DNA from: Eledone cirrhosa
Lineage: Eukaryota
Direction: 5' to 3'
NCBI GenBank assembly: GCA_964016885.1
Contig: OZ024756.1
Coordinates: 43,338,001 to 43,402,000, forward strand
DNA: 64,000 bases
Below, piece by piece: positions 51,269 to 62,000 of this stretch (the stretch's first letter is position 1; each line of letters starts with the position of its first letter). The notes beneath the pieces were generated by a model. The model saw nothing but the letters and a program-made list of their open reading frames with translations, was not told the origin of the DNA and did not search any database. The position numbers and the translations under genes are program-made.

Positions 51269-51595
51269 TTTTTACAGACTTCGGTGACGATATATTCGTA
51301 TTTGCTGCACAATGAAAATGTGTTGCATCTTCGCAATTAGGGTTATTTTTCCAGCACTGATACTCTCCATTCCATCCCTTATGTGCTGGTATTTTACAGT
51401 CAAAACCAGGTGTAACTTGTCCTCTCCTAAATCCACCTGTACCTTTGTTGTAATTCCATTGTATAACCTGAGTTCTATTTCGTAGGAGTTTCAAGACAGT
51501 TACCACATTTAAGTCACCAGTTGCCTTACATGTTATATTTATTCTAGCTGATGATCCAACTCGAAATTCAGGTGTTATAGATTTGATATATATAT
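51269..51595 (-). CDS. Internal exon B (327 nt, phase 1-1): V-like Ig domain of an uncharacterised IgSF protein
   Basis: Acceptor ...TTCCATATTTTATATACAG|AT and donor A|GTAAGT; no stops. Translation: IYIKSITPEFRVGSSARINITCKATGDLNVVTVLKLLRNRTQVIQWNYNK...FDCKIPAHKGWNGEYQCWKNNPNCEDATHFHCAANTNISSPKSVK. It has a B-strand 'G..A.I..TC' and an F-strand D-x-x-x-F-x-C, plus sequons NIT, NRT and NIS. The V-set assignment is by eye. Confidence 0.85.
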
Positions 51596-51739
51596 CTGTA
51601 TATAAAATATGGAAGAGGAGAAAATGTTTAGACAAAGATTTATTTAAAAAATAACATATATAATGGCGGGTAGAGAACAACTAAGACGGAGAAGAAATCA
51701 ATAATAGAAAAACTAGAGAAATACAGTTGTGAATGATAA

Positions 51740-51841
51740 AAGAAGAAGAAGAAGAAGAAGAAGAAGAAGAAGAAGAAGAAGAAGAAGAAGAAGAAGAAGA
51801 AGAAGAAGAAGAAGAAGAAGAAGAAGAAGAAGAAGAAGAAG
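51740..51841. repeat. Perfect (AAG)34 microsatellite; (CTT)n on the gene's sense strand
   Basis: 102 bp of uninterrupted AAG. Confidence 0.97.
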
Positions 51842-52090
51842 CATGGAGACATGAATAAGTCTGTATTTCAAACATTAACATATCTCACATGGAAACATAC
51901 AATCATGTATATATACAAACATGTATTGATAGAGGCAGACATATATTTAAAAATATGGAATCTCTCTCATCTAATATGCCCAATCTCAATTTTTTCAAAT
52001 TCCATCCCACCCGTCCCCTCAATCTATTTTCTTTCTCATTCTTTCTTTTGATGAAGGACTAGCGTCCGAAACGTTAAGACCCTCTTCCTG
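51842..52090 (+). mobile_element. Decayed Penelope-like element remnant: GIY-YIG endonuclease C-terminal trace followed by a pseudo-LTR-like region
   Basis: Frameshifted translation HGDMNKSVFQ.../...CIDRGRHIFKNMESLSSNMPNLN resembles the PLE endonuclease C-terminus (S.vf.H...R...ES.i....P.LN). It is followed by a pyrimidine-rich tract and TGATGAAGGAC...GTCCGAAACGTT, typical of PLE termini. Recognised by eye; no search was run. Confidence 0.55.
52044..52079 (+). ncRNA. Minimal type-I hammerhead ribozyme-like motif (core variant, possibly inactive)
   Basis: Stem I is TCTT (52044-47)/AAGA (52076-79). The core is UUGAUGA (52048-54; U replaces C3) plus an extra A. Stem II is GGAC-tagc-GTCC (52056-67), followed by GAAA, a palindromic loopless stem III (ACGT) and a GUU cleavage triplet (52073-75). 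Confidence 0.65.
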
Positions 52091-52163
52091 CTATATCAAG
52101 TCTTAACCTAATATATACCTTCCATATACGGTACCGATTGTGTGGTTATTTCTGTTTACCTTT

Positions 52164-52190
52164 TACATACATACATATATATATATACAT
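52164..52190. repeat. Short (CATA)/(TA) microsatellite
   Basis: ACATACATACATATATATATATACAT read directly. Confidence 0.8.
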
Positions 52191-52211
52191 AAAAGAAAAT
52201 ATTTTGCTTAC

Positions 52212-52526
52212 ATCTATCTGTAGGGTTGAATACAAAGCCAAGTTTCATTTTAAATGCTGAACAGGTGATGGTTATATTGGGGTAGTCTTCAATTGTTACG
52301 TTGTAGGCAAACTGTGACTCTAATGAAACATAACATTTGTTAATTTTTGGAATCTTCACAGATTTTTGACTGACTTCTGTTTCATTACTTCCATGTGTTA
52401 CACTCCATCTAAACAGGACAGTCTCTTCAGCATTTGGAACAATATTTAAATGACATCTGAAGGTAGATATCTCATTACGTATGTGGTTCTCAGTGTCAGA
52501 CGTCAGAGTATTCATTGAAGATTTCA
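52212..52526 (-). CDS. Internal exon A (315 nt, phase 1-1): C2-like Ig domain of the same IgSF protein
   Basis: Acceptor TTTTATCTTTTCAG|TG and donor T|GTAAGC; no stops. Translation: KSSMNTLTSDTENHIRNEISTFRCHLNIVPNAEETVLFRWSVTHGSNETEVSQKSVKIPKINKCYVSLESQFAYNVTIEDYPNITITCSAFKMKLGFVFNPTDR. It has a B-strand Cys (FRC), C-strand Trp (FRW) and F-strand Cys (ITC), plus sequons NET, NVT and NIT. Confidence 0.87.
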
Positions 52527-52540
52527 CTGAAAAGATAAAA
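52527..52540 (-). promoter_or_regulatory. 3' splice acceptor and polypyrimidine tract of exon A
   Basis: The reverse complement of CTGAAAAGATAAAA is TTTTATCTTTTCAG. Confidence 0.85.
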
Positions 52541-52547
52541 TGTTAAA

Positions 52548-52684
52548 TAAATAATTGTTTCTACTTTTGGCACAACGCCATCAAATACCCAATGTATTAC
52601 TGGTACTTTATTTTATCGACCCTGTAAGGATGAAAGGCAAAGTTATCCTCAACGGGATTTGAACACAGATCATAAAGGGCCGTA
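52548..52684 (-). mobile_element. 5'-truncated tRNA-derived SINE, copy 1 (octopus-like family)
   Basis: On the minus strand, a Pol III B-box GTTCAAATCC (52655-52664) is followed by CTTTGCCTTTCATCCTTACAGGGTCGATAAAATAAAGTACCAG and a 3' end TTGTGCCAAAAGTAGAAAC. It resembles abundant octopus SINEs as I recall them; the family name is unverified. Confidence 0.8.
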
Positions 52685-52846
52685 TAAATAATTGTTTCTA
52701 CTTTAGGCACAAGGCCAGCAATTATCCAGTACATTACTGGTACTTTATTTTATCGACCCCGTAAGGATGAAAGGCAAAGTTAACCTCGGCGGGATTTGAA
52801 CTCAGACTGTAAAGGGACGTAACTATGCTAGAAAGCATGGCTTCGG
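52685..52846 (-). mobile_element. 5'-truncated tRNA-derived SINE, copy 2, flanked by an 18-bp direct repeat
   Basis: Same motifs as copy 1, offset 137 bp (B-box 52792-52801). AAGGGCCGTATAAATAAT occurs at 52675-52692 and at 52847-52864. Confidence 0.8.
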
Positions 52847-52864
52847 AAGGGCCGTATAAATAAT

Positions 52865-52971
52865 GGAATGAAATCTTGGCTGGTTTCATTGATGCAAACA
52901 ACTAAAATGTTGAATGGGAGGTTGCTTCTGATAGGACACTCTGGAAGGCATGTGTGAGGACTCTGCCCTAA
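52865..52971 (+). mobile_element. Possible degenerate RTE-type LINE ORF2 C-terminal fragment
   Basis: The frame reads WNEILAGFIDANN*NVEWEVASDRTLWKACVR, similar to the 'W...A.DR..W+..V' motif at RTE-clade ORF2 ends. It is short and has an in-frame stop. Confidence 0.35.
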
Positions 52972-53094
52972 CAATACTCTCATGTTGAGGAAGAGAAGAA
53001 TATCAACCAAATATTTTCTGACACAGAAGCAGGGTAAATGCAATGAGGAACAAGATGTATATGACAATAACTACACACCCGCTAATGACACCCA

Positions 53095-56000
53095 ATTGGA
53101 CACACACTAGAGACAGACATTGGACACACACTAGAGACAGATATTGGACACACACTAGAGACAGACATTGGACACACACACTAGAGACAGACATTGGACA
53201 CACACTAGAGACAGACATTGGACACACACTAGAGACAGATATTGGACACACATTACAGACAGACATTGGACACACACTTGAGACAGAAATTGGACACACA
53301 CTAGAGACAGACATTGGACACACACACTAGAGACAGCCATTGGACACACACTAGAGACAGACATTGGACAGACACTAGAGACATACAGTGGACACACACT
53401 ACAGACAGACATTGGACACACACTAGAGACAGACATTGGACACACACACTAGAGACAGACATTGGACACACACTAGAGACGGACATTGGACACACACTAG
53501 AGACAGACATTAGACACACACTAGAGACAGACATTGGACACACACTAGAGACAGACATTGGACACACACTAGAGAGAGATATTGGAGACACACACTAGTG
53601 ACCGACATTGGAGACACACACTAGAGACAGACATTGGACACACACTAGAGACAGACATTGGACACACACTAGAGACAGACATTGGACACACACTAGAGAC
53701 AGACATTGGACACACACCAGAGACAGACATTGGACACACAATAGAGACAGACATTGGACACACACTAGAGACAGACATTAGACACACACTAGAGACAGAC
53801 ATTGGACACACACTAGAGACAGAAATTGGACACCCACTAGAAACAGACATTGGACACACACACTAGAGACAGACATTGGACACACACTAGAGACAGACAT
53901 TGGACACACACTAGAGACAGACATTGGACACACACTAGAGACAGACATTGGACACACACTAGAGACAGACATTGGACACAGACACTAGACACATACATTG
54001 GACACACACAGTAGAGAAAGACATAGGACACACACTAGAGACAGACATTAGACACACACTAGAGACAGACATTGGACACACACTAGAGACAGACATTGGA
54101 CACACACTAGAGACAGACATTGGACACACTAGAGACAGACACTGGACACACACTAGAGACAGACATTGGACACACACTAGAGACAGACATTGGACATAGA
54201 CACTAGAGACAGACATTGGACACACACAGAAGAGAAAGACATTGGACACACACTAGAGACAGACATTTGACACACACTAGAGACAGACATTGGACACACA
54301 CTAGAGACAGACATTGGACACAGACACTAAAGACAGACATTGGACACACACTAGAGACAGACATTGGACACACACTAGAGACAGACATTGGACACACACT
54401 AGAGACAGACATTAGACACACACTAGAGACAGACATTGGACACACACTAGAGACAGAAATTGGACACCCACTAGAAACAGACATTGGACACACACACTAC
54501 AGACAGACATTGGACACACGCTAGAGACAGACATTGAACACACTAGAGACAGACATTGGACACACACTAGAGACAGACATTGGACACAGACACTTGACAT
54601 ATACATTGGACACACACAGTAGAGAAAGACATAGGACACACACTAGAGACAGACATTAGACACACACTAGAGACAGACATTGGACACACACTAGAGACAG
54701 ACATTGGACACACACTAGAGACAGACATTGGACACACTAGAGACAGACATTGGACACACATTAGAGACAGACATTGGACACACACTAGAGACAGACATTG
54801 GACACAGACACTAGAGACAGACATTGGACACACACAGAAGAGAAAGACATTGGACACACACTAGAGACAGACATTTGACACACACTAGAGACAGACATTG
54901 GACACACACTAGAGACAGACATTGGACACAGACACTAAAGACAGACATTGGACACACACTAGAGACAGACATTGGACACACACTAGAGACAGACATTGGA
55001 CACACACTAGAGACAGACTTTAGACACACACTAGAGACAGACATTGGACACACACTAGAGACAGAAATTGGACACCCACTAGAAACAGACATTGGACACA
55101 CACACTACAGACAGACATTGGACACACGCTAGAGACAGACATTGAACACACTAGAGACAGACATTGGACACACACTAGAGACAGACATTGGACACAGACA
55201 CTTGACATATACATTGGACACACACTAGAGACAGACATTGGACACAGACACTAGACACATACATTGGACACACACAGGAGAGAAAGACATAGGACACACA
55301 CTAGAGACAGACATTAGACACACACTAGAGACAGACATTGGACACACACTAGAGACAGACATTGGACACACACTAGAGACAGACATTGGACACACATTAG
55401 AGTGAGACATTGGACACACACTAGAGACAGACATTGGACACACACTAGAGACAGACATTTGACACACACAGTAGAGAAAGACATTGGACACACACTAGAG
55501 ACAGACATTGGACACACACTAGAGAGAGATATTGGAGACACACACTAGTGACCGACATTGGAGACACACACTAGAGACAGACATTGGACACACACTAGAG
55601 ACAGACATTGGACACACACTAGAGACAGACATTGGACACACACTAGAGACAGACATTGGACACACACCAGAGACAGACATTGGACACACAATAGAGACAG
55701 ACATTGGACACACACTAGAGACAGACATTAGACACACACTAGAGACAGACATTGGACACACACTAGAGACAGAAATTGGACACCCACTAGAAACAGACAT
55801 TGGACACACACACTAGAGACAGACATTGGACACACACTAGAGACAGACATTGGACACACACTAGAGACAGACATTGGACACACACTAGAGACAGACATTG
55901 GACACACACTAGAGACAGACATTGGACACAGACACTAGACACATACATTGGACACACACAGTAGAGAAAGACATAGGACACACACTAGAGACAGACATTA

Positions 56001-59000
56001 GACACACACTAGAGACAGACATTGGACACACACTAGAGACAGACATTGGACACACACTAGAGACAGACATTGGACACACACTAGAGACAGACATTGGACA
56101 TAGACACTAGAGACAGACATTGGACACACACAGAAGAGAAAGACATTGGACACACACTAGAGACAGACATTTGACACACACTAGAGACAGACATTGGACA
56201 CACACTAGAGACAGACATTGGACACAGACACTAAAGACAGACATTGGACACACACTAGAGACAGACATTGGACACACACTAGAGACAGACATTGGACACA
56301 CACTAGAGACAGACATTAGACACACACTAGAGACAGACATTGGACACACACTAGAGACAGAAATTGGACACCCACTAGAAACAGACATTGGACACACACA
56401 CTACAGACAGACATTGGACACACGCTAGAGACAGACATTGAACACACTAGAGACAGACATTGGACACACACTAGAGACAGACATTGGACACAGACACTTG
56501 ACATATACATTGGACACACACAGTAGAGAAAGACATAGGACACACACTAGAGACAGACATTAGACACACACTAGAGACAGACATTGGACACACACTAGAG
56601 ACAGACATTGGACACACACTAGAGACAGACATTGGACACACTAGAGACAGACATTGGACACACACTAGAGACAGACATTGGACACACACTAGAGACAGAC
56701 ATTGGACACAGACACTAGAGACAGACATTGGACACACACAGAAGAGAAAGACATTGGACACACACTAGAGACAGACATTTGACACACACTAGAGACAGAC
56801 ATTGGACACACACTAGAGACAGACATTGGACACAGACACTAAAGACAGACATTGGACACACACTAGAGACAGACATTGGACACACACTAGAGACAGACAT
56901 TGGACACACACTAGAGACAGACATTAGACACACACTAGAGACAGACATTGGACACACACTAGAGACAGAAATTGGACACCCACTAGAAACAGACATTGGA
57001 CACACACACTACAGACAGACATTGGACACACGCTAGAGACAGACATTGAACACACTAGAGACAGACATTGGACACACACTAGAGACAGACATTGGACACA
57101 GACACTTGACATATACATTGGACACACACAGTAGAGAAAGACATAGGACACACACTAGAGACAGACATTAGACACACACTAGAGACAGACATTGGACACA
57201 CACTAGAGACAGACATTGGACACACACTAGAGACAGACATTGGACACACTAGAGACAGACATTGGACACACATTAGAGACAGACATTGGACACACACTAG
57301 AGACAGACATTGGACACAGACACTAGAGACAGACATTGGACACACACAGAAGAGAAAGACATTGGACACACACTAGAGACAGACATTTGACACACACTAG
57401 AGACAGACATTGGACACACACTAGAGACAGACATTGGACACAGACACTAAAGACAGACATTGGACACACACTAGAGACAGACATTGGACACACACTAGAG
57501 ACAGACATTGGACACACACTAGAGACAGACATTAGACACACACTAGAGACAGACATTGGACACCCACTAGAAACAGACATTGGACACACACACTACAGAC
57601 AGACATTGGACACACGCTAGAGACAGACATTGAACACACTAGAGACAGACATTGGACACACACTAGAGACAGACATTGGACACAGACACTTGACATATAC
57701 ATTGGACACACACTAGAGACAGACATTGGACACAGACACTAGACACATACATTGGACACACACAGGAGAGAAAGACATAGGACACACACTAGAGACAGAC
57801 ATTAGACACACACTAGAGACAGACATTGGACACACACTAGAGACAGACATTGGACACACACTAGAGACAGACATTGGACACACATTAGAGTGAGACATTG
57901 GACACACACTAGAGACAGACATTGGACACACTAGAGACAGACATTTGACACACACAGTAGAGAAAGACATTGGACACACACTAGAGACAGACATTGGACA
58001 CACACTAGAGAGAGATATTGGAGACACACACTAGTGACCGACATTGGAGACACACACTAGAGACAGACATTGGACACACACTAGAGACAGACATTGGACA
58101 CACACTAGAGACAGACATTGGACACACACTAGAGACAGACATTGGACACACACCAGAGACAGACATTGGACACACAATAGAGACAGACATTGGACACACA
58201 CTAGAGACAGACATTAGACACACACTAGAGACAGACATTGGACACACACTAGAGACAGAAATTGGACACCCACTAGAAACAGACATTGGACACACACACT
58301 AGAGACAGACATTGGACACACACTAGAGACAGACATTGGACACACACTAGAGACAGACATTGGACACACACTAGAGACAGACATTAGACACACACTAGAG
58401 ACAGACATTGGACACAGACACTAGACACATACATTGGACACACACAGTAGAGAAAGACATAGGACACACACTAGAGACAGACATTAGACACACACTAGAG
58501 ACAGACATTGGACACACACTAGAGACAGACATTGGACACACACTAGAGACAGACATTGGACACACTAGAGACAGACATTGGACACACACTAGAGACAGAC
58601 ATTGGACACACACTAGAGACAGACATTGGACATAGACACTAGAGACAGACATTGGACACACACAGAAGAGAAAGACATTGGACACACACTAGAGACAGAC
58701 ATTTGACACACACTAGAGACAGACATTGGACACACACTAGAGACAGACATTGGACACAGACACTAAAGACAGACATTGGACACACACTAGAGACAGACAT
58801 TGGACACACACTAGAGACAGACATTGGACACACACTAGAGACAGACATTAGACACACACTAGAGACAGACATTGGACACACACTAGAGACAGAAATTGGA
58901 CACCCACTAGAAACAGACATTGGACACACACACTACAGACAGACATTGGACACACGCTAGAGACAGACATTGAACACACTAGAGACAGACATTGGACACA

Positions 59001-62000
59001 CACTAGAGACAGACATTGGACACAGACACTTGACATATACATTGGACACACACTAGAGACAGACATTGGACACAGACACTAGACACATACATTGGACACA
59101 CACAGGAGAGAAAGACATAGGACACACACTAGAGACAGACATTAGACACACACTAGAGACAGACATTGGACACACACTAGAGACAGACATTGGACACACA
59201 CTAGAGACAGACATTGGACACACATTAGAGTGAGACATTGGACACACACTAGAGACAGACATTGGACACACACTAGAGACAGACATTGGACACACTAGAG
59301 ACAGACATTGGACACACATTAGAGACAGACATTGGACACACACTAGAGACAGACATTGGACACAGACACTAGAGACAGACATTGGACACACACAGAAGAG
59401 AAAGACATTGGACACACACTAGAGACAGACATTTGACACACACTAGAGACAGACATTGGACACACACTAGAGACAGACATTGGACACAGACACTAAAGAC
59501 AGACATTGGACACACACTAGAGACAGACATTGGACACACACTAGAGACAGACATTGGACACACACTAGAGACAGACATTAGACACACACTAGAGACAGAC
59601 ATTGGACACACACTAGAGACAGAAATTGGACACCCACTAGAAACAGACATTGGACACACACACTACAGACAGACATTGGACACACGCTAGAGACAGACAT
59701 TGAACACACTAGAGACAGACATTGGACACACACTAGAGACAGACATTGGACACAGACACTTGACATATACATTGGACACACACTAGAGACAGACATTGGA
59801 CACAGACACTAGACACATACATTGGACACACACAGGAGAGAAAGACATAGGACACACACTAGAGACAGACATTAGACACACACTAGAGACAGACATTGGA
59901 CACACACTAGAGACAGACATTGGACACACACTAGAGACAGACATTGGACACACATTAGAGTGAGACATTGGACACACACTAGAGACAGACATTGGACACA
60001 CACTAGAGACAGACATTTGACACACACAGTAGAGAAAGACATTGGACACACACTAGAGACAGACATTGGACACACACTAGAGAGAGATATTGGAGACACA
60101 CACTAGTGACCGACATTGGAGACACACACTAGAGACAGACATTGGACACACACTAGAGACAGACATTGGACACACACTAGAGACAGACATTGGACACACA
60201 CTAGAGACAGACATTGGACACACACCAGAGACAGACATTGGACACACAATAGAGACAGACATTGGACACACACTAGAGACAGACATTAGACACACACTAG
60301 AGACAGACATTGGACACACACTAGAGACAGAAATTGGACACCCACTAGAAACAGACATTGGACACACACACTAGAGACAGACATTGGACACACACTAGAG
60401 ACAGACATTGGACACACACTAGAGACAGACAATGGACACACACTAGAGACAGACATTGGACACACACTAGAGACAGACATTGGACACAGACACTAGACAC
60501 ATACATTGGACACACACAGTAGAGAAAGACATAGGACACACACTAGAGACAGACATTAGACACACACTAGAGACAGACATTGGACACACACTAGAGACAG
60601 ACATTGGACACACACTAGAGACAGACATTGGACACACTAGAGACAGACATTGGACACACACTAGAGACAGACATTGGACACACACTAGAGACAGACATTG
60701 GACATAGACACTAGAGACAGACATTGGACACACACAGAAGAGAAAGACATTGGACACACACTAGAGACAGACATTTGACACACACTAGAGACAGACATTG
60801 GACACACACTAGAGACAGACATTGGACACAGACACTAAAGACAGACATTGGACACACACTAGAGACAGACATTGGACACACACTAGAGACAGACATTGGA
60901 CACACACTAGAGACAGACATTGGACACAGACACTAGACACATACATTGGACACACACAGTAGAGAAAGACATAGGACACACACTAGAGACAGACATTAGA
61001 CACACACTAGAGACAGACATTGGACACACACTAGAGACAGACATTGGACACACACTAGAGACAGACATTGGACACACTAGAGACAGACATTGGACACACA
61101 CTAGAGACAGACATTGGACACACACTAGAGACAGACATTGGACATAGACACTAGAGACAGACATTGGACACACACAGAAGAGAAAGACATTGGACACACA
61201 CTAGAGACAGACATTTGACACACACTAGAGACAGACATTGGACACACACTAGAGACAGACATTGGACACAGACACTAAAGACAGACATTGGACACACACT
61301 AGAGACAGACATTGGACACACACTAGAGACAGACATTGGACACACACTAGAGACAGACATTAGACACACACTAGAGACAGACATTGGACACACACTAGAG
61401 ACAGAAATTGGACACCCACTAGAAACAGACATTGGACACACACACTACAGACAGACATTGGACACACGCTAGAGACAGACATTGAACACACTAGAGACAG
61501 ACATTGGACACACACTAGAGACAGACATTGGACACAGACACTTGACATATACATTGGACACACACAGTAGAGAAAGACATAGGACACACACTAGAGACAG
61601 ACATTAGACACACACTAGAGACAGACATTGGACACACACTAGAGACAGACATTGGACACACACTAGAGACAGACATTGGACACACTAGAGACAGACATTG
61701 GACACACACTAGAGACAGACATTGGACACACACTAGAGACAGACATTGGACACAGACACTAGAGACAGACATTGGACACACACAGAAGAGAAAGACATTG
61801 GACACACACTAGAGACAGACATTTGACACACACTAGAGACAGACATTGGACACACACTAGAGACAGACATTGGACACAGACACTAAAGACAGACATTGGA
61901 CACACACTAGAGACAGACATTGGACACACACTAGAGACAGACATTGGACACACACTAGAGACAGACATTAGACACACACTAGAGACAGACATTGGACACA

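Larger units (their letters stand above)
51596..52211 (-). other. 616-bp GT-AG intron between Ig exons A and B
   Basis: Starts GTAAGC (52211) and ends TACAG (51596). Splicing joins T+AT into Tyr and keeps the frame (...FNPTDR-Y-IYIKS...). Confidence 0.82.

Noticed and set aside
51072-51680. 202-aa ORF as a single-exon gene with a signal peptide or TM tail
   Set aside because: The hydrophobic ends lie outside the splice sites and are intronic T-rich or TG-repeat sequence; only 51269-51595 is credible.
51640-51881. Poly-Phe and poly-Ser ORFs
   Set aside because: They are translations of the (AAG)34 microsatellite.
52830-52864. 'GR-PYK' extension of the RTE-like motif
   Set aside because: It needs a frameshift, and the bases are better explained as the SINE end plus the duplicated target site.
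52828-53067. 79-aa minus-strand ORF as a third exon
   Set aside because: It has no Ig motifs or convincing splice pair, and it overlaps SINE/LINE-like debris.
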